From the NCBI GenBank assembly GCA_030264375.1, contig JASCQW010000133.1, positions 43,026,065 to 43,090,064 of the forward strand: DNA of 64,000 bases. Reading direction: 5' to 3'. Shown piece after piece: positions 13,721-27,025 of this stretch (position 1 is the first letter of the stretch; the number at the start of each line of letters is the position of its first letter). A program made the translations under genes and the position numbers. The notes below the pieces were generated by a model. The model had not been told where the DNA came from. It saw only the letters and a list, made by a program, of their open reading frames with translations, and did no database searches. Source of the stretch: Carcharhinus longimanus. Taxonomy: Eukaryota.

Positions 13721-14020
13721 TCATGAGACATGTACACAAAGAAACTTTCAATGGAAAATGTTTTAAGGTGCAAGAAAAAACAAAACTTGCCTTTCACAAT
13801 TCAGAAAGCCTCAAAAGTACTTTAAAACCAATGAAATACTAAGTGCCGTCATTATAATAATCTAACAAACACCGGTCATCAAGTGGTCTTTGTTACCAAA
13901 TGTTTGGAGGTTCACATAGACATTGACACATCATAAATTTTTCTCCAGCATATTAAAAATGGTGTTAAATTGGAACAGAATGCTATTGTCAGAGTAATGA
14001 AAGTTAAATATCTCTATGTT

Positions 14021-14343
14021 AGACCAAAAGAGAAAATTCTAGAAAATCTCAGGAGGTTTGGCAACATCTGTAAGGAGAGAAAAGAGCTGACATTTCAAGT
14101 GCAGATGACCTTTCGTCAAAGAGCTTTGACAAAACTCTGACAAACTTTGAGAAAGGTAAATAATGCTGGTATCTCCGCATCAAAACTTTGACAATCCAGA
14201 GATTTGACAAAGGGTCATCTGGACTCGAAACGTCTGCTCTTTTCTCTTCTTACAGATGCTGCCAGACCCGCTGATATTTTCTAGCATTCTCTCTTTTGGT
14301 TTCAGGTTCCAGCATCCAGCATCTGCAGTAATTTGCTTTTATT
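14021..14343. mobile_element. Palindromic non-autonomous Penelope-like element with hammerhead ribozyme motifs
   Basis: Arm 14021-14120 is the reverse complement of about 14201-14302; right arm reads TTGACAA-A-GGGTC-ATCTG-GACTC-GAAA-CG-TC, a minimal type-I hammerhead layout. Confidence 0.75.
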
Positions 14344-15682
14344 TTCATGTTAATGTGTGGTAAAATGTTATGTAGGAAAACAATCTTTAAGCAATGAGCA
14401 AACTGGATGAACAACCAACTTCACTTACAAATCACACAAGTCTAAGATAAATTTGTTTTTGTGGTCACCTGGGTTCTGTTCTGCATACTCACACATGTTC
14501 AGATGTCTCCAAATTAAACAACTCAAAAAAAGCAAGTTCATCTCTTCCTACACAACACACTTCTCCAAATTTAAGAGCTCTGAGACATGACGACAGCCAC
14601 CAAGATTTAAGGCACAAGTGAGAGTAACAGTATGCTGAAATTCAAATCAGCCAAAATTATACAGCCCACTATCATGAACCACATTGATGTTACCTGAAAC
14701 AGTGGTTCATGGTGGTGTATCGTTTTTAGGAAATTATGAGGAATCATGTAAAACCGGTGAGGAACTAGTTGTCATATAAACAATTAAAGTGAAAAGGACA
14801 ATACACTAAGACACTTGCATAAATAACTAAATGGACAGTTTATGTAAAAATCTCTTGTCCCAAATTATATCTACAATCCTTGAACTCATTAGAACTTTCT
14901 TTTCCCAAGTAGCATCCCAATTAAATAGCTAAGTCAAATCCAACCCATGAATTACCACACGATACAGAGTTAATGATCAAGTCTGGAAAATATCTTTTCC
15001 TAGTCCAGCAAAGAAATTTAAACTGCCTTTACAAAGATTTCCTGCAATTTTTTTGGCCCTAAGGCTTAGATGCAGCACTACAGCATCTGAGGGGTAAAAG
15101 ATGTTATTTGACCCCCCTTTCTGCAAAATGGGTCCTAGCCATCCGGTTGAGTGTTACGACTGGCTTCTGACTGTGAAGTGTGCACAGTTATGCTATTTCC
15201 CTTCTCATTATTTCAAACTCGAGAGTTGGCTGTCTAGATATCTCGAATTCTTTCCTTTTGCAGAGCTCAGCATTTTTGTAGTCCTAAAAACCCACTCATT
15301 TCAGAAAACTGTTTCTGCTTGGAGAACTTAACATTTCTATAGCAGTCATCTAAGTACACTTCTCCTGCTACGAGAACTATTTACATCTGATCATCTTTAG
15401 ATGCTCTCAAGCCTTTGGAATGCCATGATCACTTTGAGGCTTGGCTGCTGCTGGAAATGCAGGCTGTTACTGTTGCGAGGTTGTTTTCTATCTTTCAGTC
15501 CTTTTTAAATAGTGGTTGCTGTTAGGCAAATCGTTGACACTACCAGAACTTCAAGGCATGGCCTGAAGGATTAGCAGGAGGCAAATGGGAAAAATCTCCA
15601 ATCCCCTAATCTATTCTCCTGGCTTCATTAGTCATTTTCATGGAACACTGCAAACCTACCTATCTCTGGCATCAAATTAATA

Positions 15683-16800
15683 TGGAGATGCCGGCATCAG
15701 ACTGGGGTAAGCACAGTAAGAAGTCTCACAATACCAGGTTAAAGTCCAACAGGTTTATTTGGTAGCACAAGCCACAAAGCTTTCAGAGCATTGACCCTTC
15801 ATCAAGCAAGTGGGAGTTCTGTTCAAATAGCATATAAAGACAAACACAATTTACAAAATAATGGTTGGACTGCGAATCTTTACAGGTAATCATGTCTTAA
15901 AGGTANNNNNNNNNNNNNNNNNNNNNNNNNNNNNNNNNNNNNNNNNNNNNNNNNNNNNNNNNNNNNNNNNNNNNNNNNNNNNNNNNNNNNNNNNNNNNNN
16001 NNNNNNNNNNNNNNNNNNNNNNNNNNNNNNNNNNNNNNNNNNNNNNNCATCCTCATGCGTGCAAAACTTAGCTATCAGTCTCTGTTCTGTGACTCTGCTT
16101 TGTCATGTGTTTTGAAGCCACCTTGGAGAACACCTAACTGAAGATCAGAGGCCGAATTCCTGTGACCACTAAAGTGTTCCCCAACAGGAAGAGAACACTC
16201 TTGCCTGGTGATTGTCGAGTGGTGTTCATTCACCGTTGTCGTAGCATCTGCATAGTCTCCCCAATGTAACCAAGGTGCTCCCCAGGGTACATTGGGGAGA
16301 CCATGCAGACACTACGAAAATGGATGAATGAACACCGCTTGACAATCACCAGGCAAGCGTGTTCTCTTCCTGTTGGGGGACACTTCAGCGGTCACAGGCA
16401 TTCTAACTCTAAATTTCAGAAGGTGGCCTTCAAAACACACAACACCTACAGTCACAGAGCAGAGACTGATAGCCAAGTTTGGCACACGAGGATGGCCTCA
16501 AACGGGATCTTGGGTTCATGTCACACTATCTGTAACCCCATGACTTGCTTGGACTTGCAAAATCTCACTCACTGTCCTGGCTGGAGACAATACATACCTC
16601 TTTAACTTGTGCTTAACCTCCTCTCCAATCAAATTGTCTGTATCTTTAAGACTTGATTACCTATAAAGATTCGCATTCCAACCAGAATTTTGTAAATTGA
16701 GTTTGTGTCTTTATATGCTCTCTTGATAAAGGAGCAGCGGTCCGAAAGCTAGTGGCTTTTGCAATCAAATAAACCTGTTGGACTTCAGAGATTTCTTACT
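15683..16800. mobile_element. Penelope-like retroelement 3' ends in head-to-head inverted arrangement with 12-bp TSD
   Basis: GIY-YIG remnant YIGETMQTLRKWMNEHR..LPVGGHFS from 16288 (+) mirrored on minus to the left of 16268; ATCAAATTAATA at both 15671-15682 and 16801-16812. Confidence 0.88.
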
Positions 16801-18261
16801 ATCAAATTAATAAACACACCACAGAGGTTTGGTACCTGGTTCAGAATGAATGCTTAGCTTCATTTAAACTCCCAAGATGTCCATCTTCCTCCCTGCCTCC
16901 AAAGAAGATAGTTACAAACTGATCATTGAACAACTGAACAGCATGGGCTAGAACCCTCAAACCCTTACCAGGAGCTTCCAACAAAAATTGTTGTGACAAG
17001 TAACCTGATGAGCAACACACCATATTGCAAAAGGCAAGCAGTTCCAGCATCTTTGGTGGCCCATGAAATGTAACATATCAACATGCATCAAAGGATCAAA
17101 GGAAGAATTCCATAAGAGTTTTACACCATGAAGGTAATCTACGTAAACACAAATGCTCTTCATTTTGTCTTACACAATATATGACAATGGCTCTAGAATG
17201 AGCTGATTCTCAACAATTCAACAGAATGCTCACTTAAAATGGATGATTGATAATGCTGTGGAAGCGCCTGGGGATATTTTGCTACATTAAAAAGGTATTG
17301 TATAAATGCAAGTAATGTTTCTTTCACATCCTAAGAATTTGCTTTGTGTTTTTTGGATAACAAAATCTGGTCAACCACTGACAAAGAAAATAAAACTAGC
17401 TTCCAACCAAAACAACAAAAGCTCACCATCACTAAAAAGTAATGCAAAGAACAGGATATATCACAAATATAATAAAAGAATAATGAAACAAAGATTTATC
17501 CCTAAACTTATACCATTTACAACGTTTGTTCATACCTCTCCACATAAATGTCAAGCGTTTCAGTCACGTTATAATCTACCTTTCTCACTTGGGATAAATT
17601 TGCCCCTCATATTTGCAGAATCCACCTGCATTTTTTCAGTACAGTTAACCACCAGTGGTAGGACATATTTTTCTGCCTATGATTTCCCCTCCTTCCATGT
17701 ACTGAAACATTCATCTCATCTCAATCACATCGTATTGGAAAAGCACTAAGAGGACAACATGGAAAATTATGATAAACACATGGCAACTGGCTTCAGAGTA
17801 ATACAATCATAAGTCAAAGATCAGGCCACCCAGGGTTCTGGCCAAAACTTGGGAAGGCATGGAGAAAGACTGAAATGGAACAACAGAAAAATCTTGGCCA
17901 AAATATTTCACCCTTGATAAAATAATTTACATTAGAGGCTTTGCTAAAAGTTTGCAATCACAGCTAGTGCCATTTGTTAAGTAAACCTGTACTGTATAAA
18001 TGAATGGGTGCTCTGTGCCACTTGAACTACTTAATTATCTCAAGGAAAGGGAACAGCCAATGTTCAGATAGTTAATTAAGAAAACCATTAGCAATTTTTT
18101 TTTCTGAATTCACTACATGGCATAAAAATTACAGCATCTAGAAATACTTTCATCACTTACAATCTCAAGACCACAAAGAACAGCACCACGTCCTCACGCT
18201 GATTCAAAGCAGTTCTCAAATTACAAAGGCAAAATATTTTTCTGGAAATTAAAACAGTTTA

Positions 18262-18531
18262 AAGTTTATTTAGTGTTACAAGTAGGCTTATATTAACACT
18301 GCAATGAAGTTATGTGAAAATCCCCTAGTTGCCACACTCCAGCACCTGTTCGGGTACATGGAGGAAGAACTTAGCATGACCAGTGCACTTATCCAAAACA
18401 TCTTTTGGACTGCAGGAGGAAACCAATGTGGACACAGGAAGAACATGCAGACTCTGCACAGACAATAACCCAAGCTGGGAATTGAACTGGGAGTGGGGCA
18501 GCAGTGCTAATTATCTGCCACTATGCTGCCC
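18262..18531 (-). mobile_element. tRNA-derived V-SINE-like element
   Basis: Reverse complement of the 4645 family from tail (TACAAGTAGGCTTATATTAACACTGCAATGAAG) to head (GGCAGCAGTGCTAA..CCACTATGCTGCCC). Confidence 0.88.
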
Positions 18532-18549
18532 AGATCAGACAGCATCCGA

Positions 18550-18760
18550 GGAAGAAAAGACTCAAAAAGTTAAAAGGTATAACCAATTTGAAACCAAGTA
18601 CATGAAGAGGTGGCTAGATATAACACTTGGTTGCAAATGGGATAAAAGAGGAGAAAGCAGGGTTAGGCTATTGAGTTGGACGATGAGCCATGATCGTAAT
18701 GAATGGTGGAGAAGGCACAAAGGACCAAATGGCCTCCTCCTGCTCCTCTGTTTCACAGAT
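18550..18760 (+). mobile_element. CR1 3' end
   Basis: GCCATGATCGTAATGAATGGTGGAGAAGGCACAAAGGACCAAATGGCCTCCTCCTGCTC tail. Confidence 0.75.
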
Positions 18761-18764
18761 AAGA

Positions 18765-19800
18765 AAGGGAAAGATCTGTGATAGGTGGAAAATAGGAGAG
18801 ATTAAATTACAAAAAAAGGATGATGATAATGCATGGTCCTAATGGGACAAGAGAAAACTAGATATAGGTCGAATGGAGTTGTAAATGTGAATCATGGAAC
18901 TACTGCCAACAGCGGCTATTTAAAAAAAGTGGACGGTAAAAACTCAATGTTTAGTCCAGAAATGCTTCATTGAAAGATATGGGGCCACTCCTGGAGCTTA
19001 AGTTCAGCTTCACTGGAACAGTGCAGAAAGCCAAAGCCAGATTGGTCGAAGTGAAAACGAAACTATCAATTAAAATGAAAAATGACCGGAAGTTTGGGGT
19101 CACATTTGTGAACTGAAAGTCACTCATTCAATTCATATCTCGTCTTCAATATATGGTGCATCATTCTACAAAAAGCCAGTTCTGACTGATACAACTAGAA
19201 CCAGCCTTTCACACACTTTTACAAGCATTCATTCACAGTTAGTTTACAAGCAAATACCTGCTAACCCCCAACCATCACAGTTTAGTCTCTGTGCATTTAG
19301 AAGGGCATAAGTGAATTCCCAGTTAATACCCACCACATGTTTAAAATTGAAATGCAAATAACATGCAGAAGACTGCAACACGAGCAGGAATTAGAGCATT
19401 ACAAAATTCAAAGAACAAACAAATTGCTGTTTCAAACAGGTGTTGCTTCTTGGGAAGGAGAGGGGATGCTGACAATTGTTCAGAAGTGGACCAGGGCTTT
19501 GGAGAGAATGATCACATCAGGATACTGGGAGGGAGACAAAATTATTTGTTTAAATGATGGCATCTGAAAGGCAGCTGAGGACAATCCATTGAATGTAAAG
19601 ACTGGTGGGATACAAAGTGAGGATAGAGAAGAACTCTACTCAAACTTGTAGGGAGGGGAAAGAGTAAGAGCACGTACAAAAAAAATGGAACAGACATGGT
19701 CAAGAGTCCTGTCAACCATGGTGCAGAATCCTCAGTGAGGTTAAAAAATATATACAGTAAGCACTGGTATGACGAATGACTAAAATAGAGCACATAGGAA
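18765..19800 (-). mobile_element. Decayed Penelope-like element fragments
   Basis: Segments similar to 23150-23660 (AGCTT..CA..GGAACA.TG.AG.AG.CCA); heavily diverged and interrupted. Confidence 0.45.
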
Positions 19801-20063
19801 TGCCTGTTTGTTATTTACAAGGACTGCCAGGAGGCATTTGATTTAAGATCTTCATAGGAGACTGAGGTAGGGAAAGGGTTAATGAATTTAATGCATTTTG
19901 TACCTGGCATTTATCCCAAAGATAACCCTTTCTCATGGCTGATCTCCTTAAGCTTAGACTGCTCCTGGCATCAATATAAATGATTTATTCATGTTTTCCT
20001 TACTTGTTCATGTCTTTCATTCTTTAACTTTCATTTCCATAAAGAAAGATAGTCAAACGTGAA

Positions 20064-20514
20064 TGTTATTTTGCAGACATTGCAAACCTTACCTGTTTGT
20101 GCTAACTGAACATCGTTAAACAGCTGCAGCAGGCAGACCGCGATTCCAGCTTTTTAAACAGGAAGAGTCCTGCTGGGACAGCCGCGACCGCCCAAGTAAC
20201 TTCAAGGAAGGAGGAGATGCCAACGCTGCCGGGAGCGCGGTGGATTGTGATCAGACCGAAGATTATGTTGTGACTACAGCTGCCAAATGGACAGAGTCCT
20301 GGTTGAATTGGCAGTTTGCATCATGGCCAAAGTAGGAAGACCTGCAGACCTAACCAGAAGTCGGGAGTTTGCGTTGTGATTGATATCTGGACTCATGATG
20401 TATAAAAACCCACTTGTATTTGTGTTCAATGAGAAGCCTGGTAAACCACTGTTAAGACGAGGTTTCTCCCAAAAGCTTTTGAAATAAAACTTACTGTATT
20501 TTGACTCACTAACA
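20064..20514 (+). mobile_element. Probable solo LTR (CpG-rich, relatively young)
   Basis: TGTTA...TAACA inverted termini, TATAAAA at 20401, AATAAA at about 20483, local CpG enrichment; no TSD seen. Confidence 0.55.
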
Positions 20515-20519
20515 CTCTC

Positions 20520-21195
20520 AGATGTCCCTTACCTAAAACAGAGACTGTTAGCCCAAGTTGAAACTCATGGAATTGAAGGAAATTATTGGTATGTTTCAGA
20601 AATTGGCTGGCTAATAAGAACAATGAGTAGGGATATGTGATCAGTGATATTCTACCAGGGTAATAAGCAGTGTAAATGGAATTTCAAAACTATTAAGTAA
20701 TGAGCAAACTGGCAAATGATTTCAATTTAGACAGATGTGAGATCATTGACTTGGAGCTAAAAATGATAGAAAGTGCTCTGGTCTACATGATAAAAAAATG
20801 GAAATAAAGGCAAGATCATACAAAACACAATTGTATTCCCTGCAAATTAAGGTGAAGGGTGATTTGAAGAATGTTTTCAATGTATTAAGAGGAAGAGATG
20901 AGCTAGACAGAAACACATTGATTGGAGAATTCAGGATTAGAAGGGCAAGAAGTAAGCTGAGTCATAGCTTGCAGGAGTAAAGTTGAGAAGCACTTGGACA
21001 TGCAAGGGTAGAAGAAATTTGGAACACTTCCTCAGAAATAGCAGTTGATGCGAGATGAACTGTTAATGCTAAACCCAGGGTTGATAAGTTGTTAACGATA
21101 AGGGAATTGGGGCAAAAGCAGATATGGCCTCAGCTGCAGATCAAAATGGTCAAACAGGCATGCAGAGTTAATAGCCTAATCCTACTCAAATGTTG
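20520..21195 (+). mobile_element. Old, internally deleted CR1 fragment
   Basis: RLLAQVETHGIEG-like RT remnant through to a decayed CR1 tail. Confidence 0.65.
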
Positions 21196-21857
21196 TATTG
21201 TCAGATTACTTTGGATCAGAAATCAGCCTGCAATTTATAAAACTCTAGTCTGAATAACTTGAACCAACAAAATAACTGGGGACGGGGGTGCTATTTAGTT
21301 TTACTTTGGGCCGCAGGTACTTTCTGGGATTTGTTTTATGACCCTGCATTGTTAGGAGGAAGACTGGTTGACAGGTCAGGTGACTGGAGTTCATTTTCAG
21401 CTGCTGTTTTAGCTTGGAAGGGGGGGCGAACATCAGACTAAAAGCAGTGTTTTTCTCCTCCTCTCCCCCTGGTATTAGAAAGTCTGCTGGCTAACTAGAA
21501 GCAAGTCTTCTGGCCTTCCTGGAGTGGACAATCTTTCGGTGGTTGGCTTGCCTAGAGTCTCTCTCTCTCCCTAGTGTTTTGGGAAGCTATTGTGTGTGTA
21601 TATCCAGAGGGCCGCTAGAAGTTACAAGACTGGGAAGTCAGAATTTCAATTCTCCACCCAAAGGACTAAGTTCCAGCATCCTGTAATCATTCGTATTTGC
21701 TGTGTTAAAACCTGTGATTAAAAGCTCCTGAATTGGTCAGTTGAATCATATCCGAGGTAAAGCATCTCATGCTCACCCTAGCCAAATTCAAAGTGCAAAA
21801 CTTATGATCTAGGCTGCCTTCATAAAACACTTGGAGTTTCTGACCTGAATTATAACA
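21191..21857 (+). mobile_element. LTR-like sequence (possible Gypsy solo LTR)
   Basis: TGTTGTA...TATAACA near-inverted termini and LTR-like composition; no TSD. Confidence 0.45.
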
Positions 21858-22966
21858 ATTCCCAATACTTACTGCTAATCAGCTGGTTTTTGGCTTTTAC
21901 CACAAGACTGAGGACCACTCCAGATTATGCCACCAACTTCAAACTAGACAATTTTCCTTCATGAAATCCAAACAAAGGCCTCACCCACATTCCACAGTGC
22001 AGACCCAAATGTCATTTATTTTGATTATCTTCTGTGAGCTGCACCACACAAAATCCAAGCTGCAACAACAAAAAAAAAACACTCCGCTCAATAAATTTAA
22101 ACCAGAAAATCTCCCCAAGATTCATTCATCTCCATAACAACTTGGCATTCTCTGGATGTCCTGGGGGGAAAAAAAAGTTAAGCTAAGCATCCCTCATTTA
22201 AAATCCCTTCACTGGCCTAAAGAAGGAGATGGATAATACAACCTTTACATGTTTAACCAAATGCTTTAAAATTAATCTACCTATAACTCCAAAAATCTCT
22301 TCCTGGACTGTCCAATGATTGCAGGCATCATGTCTCAACCAAAACTTCCAAGGATAGATCATCCATTGTTTTAAGTTTCTCCAAGTGTTTAGGACCCTAC
22401 TGAAGTCAACATGTCCAAGCCTTTTGATGATCTTGAACCATTCTTCGACTGTAATTAATTCAAGCTTGTTGCATCTACTCCACAGATGCTCATCAAGCCC
22501 TTAACAAGATGTGCCTATTTATCTATAGTTAGCCTGTTAGATTTTTAAAACAATATATTCTAAAACAGATAAATTATGAATCATGTATTCTTAACATATT
22601 CAACAGCAAACTTGCCAGAATGGTAGACGTAACAGATAGCAACACTGATCGTGAAGGCAGCAGAATCTTCCCCCGCAGCAATGACTTCCCATTAAAACAA
22701 AGCAGCTTCCTGCCAAGAAGTAAATGTACAATAGTGCAAAACCATCCAAAAAGGACAGGTCCTAAGTCTGGTATTTGCAGACAAAAGATCAACTAATACA
22801 AAAGCAAAATATGGTGGACAATGGAATTCTGAAATAAAAACAAGAAAANNNNNNNNNNNNNNNNNNNNNNNNNNNNNNNNNNNNNNNNNNNNNNNNNNNN
22901 NNNNNNNNNNNNNNNNNNNNNNNNNNNNNNNNNNNNNNNNNNNNNNNNNNNNNNNNNNNNNNNNNN

Positions 22967-23045
22967 AAGTTACTATGAAAATCCCCTTGACGCTACACTC
23001 CGGTGTCGTTTCAGATACGCAGAGGGAGAATTTTACATGGCCCAA
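22967..23045 (-). mobile_element. V-SINE-like fragment next to an N gap
   Basis: AAGTTACTATGAAAATCCCCTTGACGCTACACTCCGG..GAGGGAGAATTTTACATGGCC is the reverse of the family 3' half. Confidence 0.75.
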
Positions 23046-23149
23046 GGGCATTTCATAATAACTGAAGAGATATAAGTGTAACTGTGTGTGTTGGGGATGT
23101 ACGAGATAAATAAAAACTAGACCAACCCAGCAAAACAAAAAAAAACGAA

Positions 23150-23660
23150 AGAAGAGGTTATGGTCTCAAGTTCTTGGATGTCACATGTTGTGCTCAAGGC
23201 TGTGGAGTGTGCAGAATCAGAAGATACAGCGCTGTTCCTCAAGCTTACATAGCTTCATTGGAACACTGTAGCAGGCCATTAACAAAAAGGTCAGCACGGG
23301 AGCAAGGTGGCGAATTAAACCAACAAGTATCTGCTAAATTTCAAACTGAATGGAAGTTTTCAGCAAAGGTCACTCAATCTGTGTTTGATCTCAGCAATGT
23401 GAAGGAGATCATATCGTCAACAGTTAACTCTGTACAACAAATTGAAAGTAGTATATCACTTTCACTTTGCTGTTTGGGTCCTTGAACATTGAGGGGGCTG
23501 AGGTGAAAGGACAGGTTCATGTAAAAGTGCCATAAGGAGGGGGGAATGTGTTTAATGGGGGAATGCGTTTAATTGGAGAATGCATCAGGGCATTGTGGAT
23601 GGAATGATCCATTCAGAATTCTGAAAGGGGAGGGCAGAAGATGATGCATTTGATGGTGGC
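23150..23660 (-). mobile_element. Decayed Penelope-like element (endonuclease region)
   Basis: Similar to 18940-19150; preceded by a Penelope-like terminal fragment at 22800-22848. Confidence 0.5.
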
Positions 23661-23662
23661 AT

Positions 23663-24375
23663 CATTTGATTTGATTCACTGTCACATGAATTTACAGTGA
23701 GAAGTATCGTTTCTTACACACTATACAAAGCATACCGTTCATAGAGAAGGAAACCAGAGAGTGCAGAATATAGTGTTACAGTCATAGGGTGCACAGAAAA
23801 TTCAGCTTAATGTAAAGTCTATTCAAAAGTCTGACAGCAGTAGAGAAGCGGTTCTCAAGTCAGTTGGTACGTGACCTCACTTTTGTATTCTTTTCCCGAC
23901 GGAAGGTGGTGGAAGAGAGCATGTCCAGGGTGCATGGGGCCCTTGATTATGCTGGCTGCTTTGCTGAGGCAGCAGCAAGTGTAGACAGAGTCAATGGATG
24001 GAAGGCTGGTTTGCCTAATGGATTGGGCTACATTCATGACTTTTTGTAGTTCTTTACTGTCTTGGACAGAGCAGGAGCCATACCAAGCTGCGATACAACC
24101 AGAAAGAATGCTTTTTATGGCGCATCTGTAAAGTTGGTGAGAGTCGTCGCTGACATGCCAAATTTCCTTAGTCTTCTGACTCTCTATCTCACTCCTGTAC
24201 TGTCTCGTCTTTGTTTGAGATCCAACCCACTATGATGGTGTCATCAGCAAACTTGACAATCAAATTGGAGGGAAATTTGGCCACACAGTCATGGGTGCAT
24301 AAAGACTATAGTAGGAGGCTGAGAACACATCCTTGTGGGGCACCGGTGTTGACGATGTTCATGGAGGTGGTGTCT
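23663..24375 (-). mobile_element. Rex1/Babar-like LINE fragment (RT plus 3' end, internally deleted)
   Basis: Minus translation VNTGAPQGCVLSLLL..HDCVAKFPSNLIVKFADDT..VG and MNVAQSIRQTSLPSIDSVYT; tail (TCAAA)n. Confidence 0.85.
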
Positions 24376-25384
24376 GGTGCTAGTGAAAATGGCAAAGAAT
24401 AATACATTGAACATAGGAGGTTGCTACGTGAAAGTGAGGACAAGGGGAATACAATCATGCTTCTGGGAAGAACAAGGGGCCACAGTACAAGTACATGAAA
24501 TGGATCAGACATGGAGGACTGCGTCAACTATGCTGGGCAGAAATCCTTGGTTAACAAGATCAAATTGTACAAACTCCGACCAGAGGCAACAAGAGTTGTT
24601 GAGAAAAGCAGGTAAACAAGAGCTACCCAAGACTGGTTTGACATTCACAGCCAACTCCTCCTCCTCCCGCCCAAATTATCAGCCTGCGTTACCATGCAAT
24701 GACCACAGCAAAAAAGCTAGCTGCACAACATGAAATGAGAAAACGCTAGTCAATCTGAGCTCTTATTCCAAATAATCAAACCAAAGTACCAACAATTTCT
24801 GAAGGAGGAAATGCTTCATTGTACCATTTTAGGGAAAAGTGGCAAATTTGGATAAGCTAAACTTATTTATTGAAAATATTTTGAAGTTTCTAAGACAAGG
24901 CAAAATTTTACTGCTGCAATTTGGTGACAAATAGTAACTGTGGTATCACTCGCTCCCTTTTGTCCCCAGTAGGTTTTAAAACTTCGGGTAAAGGTCATAT
25001 ACAAATTATTCATCTAATCAGTTCAATGAAATAGTACAATCTTTCCCCAATATTTTAGGAATAATTCAGCTCAAACCAAGACTAGATATTAAAAGAACCA
25101 ATTTGCCATTGCAAACCAAAAGGTTGCTCAAGTAGCCTAATAACACATCATAAACATCAACATATTGTTCCATCAGCTTTTATTCTCATGTGGTTTAACA
25201 AAGCCCAATTTACATTGCTAGAGAGATCTATTTATTCCAATAATTATGAATACCAAAAATTCAAAGGCATCCAAGTACTCCTTCCACATCCCCCATACAA
25301 AGATTCTACCCCAAGATCAATGAACATTTTGTCCGATCCAATCTCAACAGTGAGCCACCCCCCAAACACACAAACTGCAAACAT

Positions 25385-25748
25385 GCAGAAGGTTGTAGGT
25401 TCAAATCCCAGTTTACCAAGCATGTAATTGTGGCCAACACTTCGGTATTGTGTTGGGGAGCCATAAAAAGTTGGCATCTTCTGCTTGAGATCCTGTCTGT
25501 TCAGGTGGATTTTTTTTTAAGTCTTGTGGGACCAGACTGTAGTTTCCCAGGATGCTTCATTACATTTGTTACTCAAACAACAAATGGATTAACTGATCTC
25601 ATTACATAGCTGTTTGTGGGACCCTGGTGTGCATAAATTCATTGCCACATTCACCTATGTAACAACGACTACAATTCATAAATTGGATGTAATGTGGTTT
25701 GGGACGTCCCAAGATTCTGAAAGGCACTTCATTATTCACAATCTTGCT
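25385..25748 (+). mobile_element. Deu-domain SINE (SacSINE1/AmnSINE-like)
   Basis: B box GGTTCAAATCCC; Deu-like GCTGTTTGTGGGACCCTGGTGTGCATAAATT; tail TTTGGGACGTCCC..GAAAGGCAC. Confidence 0.65.
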
Positions 25749-27025
25749 TTACCAATTAGATTATCGGACTTGGAAATAGACAACTCCCTTAATAAGAAAT
25801 TAAAATGGCCAATGTGTGTTAGTTTAACACCTTTAATGGGGCAAGGTGGTTTCAAGACGCTTCACAAGTTAAACTTCTGACACTTGAGCTACATGGAGGT
25901 CTTAACGTAGGGCACCAAAATCACGGCCGAGTAAAATTTTAATTCAGAAATCGGTGGCTCAGTTAACTTTCCATTTGCGAGACCACAACTCTAAACATTT
26001 CCTACACTGCTTTTCACAATTTCCCATACGCATCCGTTCTACAACAGGAATGACATTCCATCTGTTCACATCTACAACGTGTACACCTGCCAACTACATG
26101 GTCAAAGAGATAGAGTCCGCTTGTCGTTACAAGTGGTCATTGTCTGGAACAATGTTTAGATTGAAAAAAAATCTAACGAAAGTAAAACGGTTTGCAGTAT
26201 CCCCCAAAATGAAGTAAATTTTAAATCAATTCCACTAGTTGCCGGAGACTTTTTTAAAACTCTAGTTTTACAAAGGAAAATGTGCAACATGACAATGTGT
26301 TAATTTACACGTCGTCTTATTTCTCTGTCCAAACGAGAAGCATTAAACGGCAAACAGGGTACACAAAAAAAATCGTCTTCTACATTCCCCCCCACCACCC
26401 TCTCCAAAAAGAAATCTTTCATAGCATGAGAGAGGAAATACATATGCCAGAATGCAAGTGTAAGAGAAAAAAAGTCACCCACGGTGCCCAAGTGAACCAT
26501 TTATGTCTTCAACACTAACGAAAATCCTCCAATGTTTCTACACAGGCATAGTATCGAATTAGAAATCACAGCTTGCTACCAGAGTAGGCATTTTTTTTGC
26601 TACGTTAAAGAGAATTGGTTTGATTCACTCCGGATTATTCAATTCCAACATTTCACAGCACTACTGTTGCCTTGCAGATTTCCAAAACGGAGTCAAGCCA
26701 AATAGGGAAATAAAAAACGGTAGCAAACACAGTAATAGGGTATCTGATTGTGAACGGCCAAGTTTAACACTCAATCGGGTTGTGAACAGTAGTACCACTT
26801 CATTACGAGCTCGCTTTCAGTTCTTGCAAAATTGGCAAAACAAAATAAGAATCCGTTAACAGGTAGTTGGGAATCAATCCAACGCAACAAAATAAAATAA
26901 AACAGCTCGATGGCTTCATCCCAAATGCAAACTAAAAGGCTGGAGACACGAGGTTTTCCCAATAGTATCCTCACGCGAAAATTAAAAGGAGAGAGCGAGT
27001 GTTGATTGTGTGGCCCGTTGCATAC

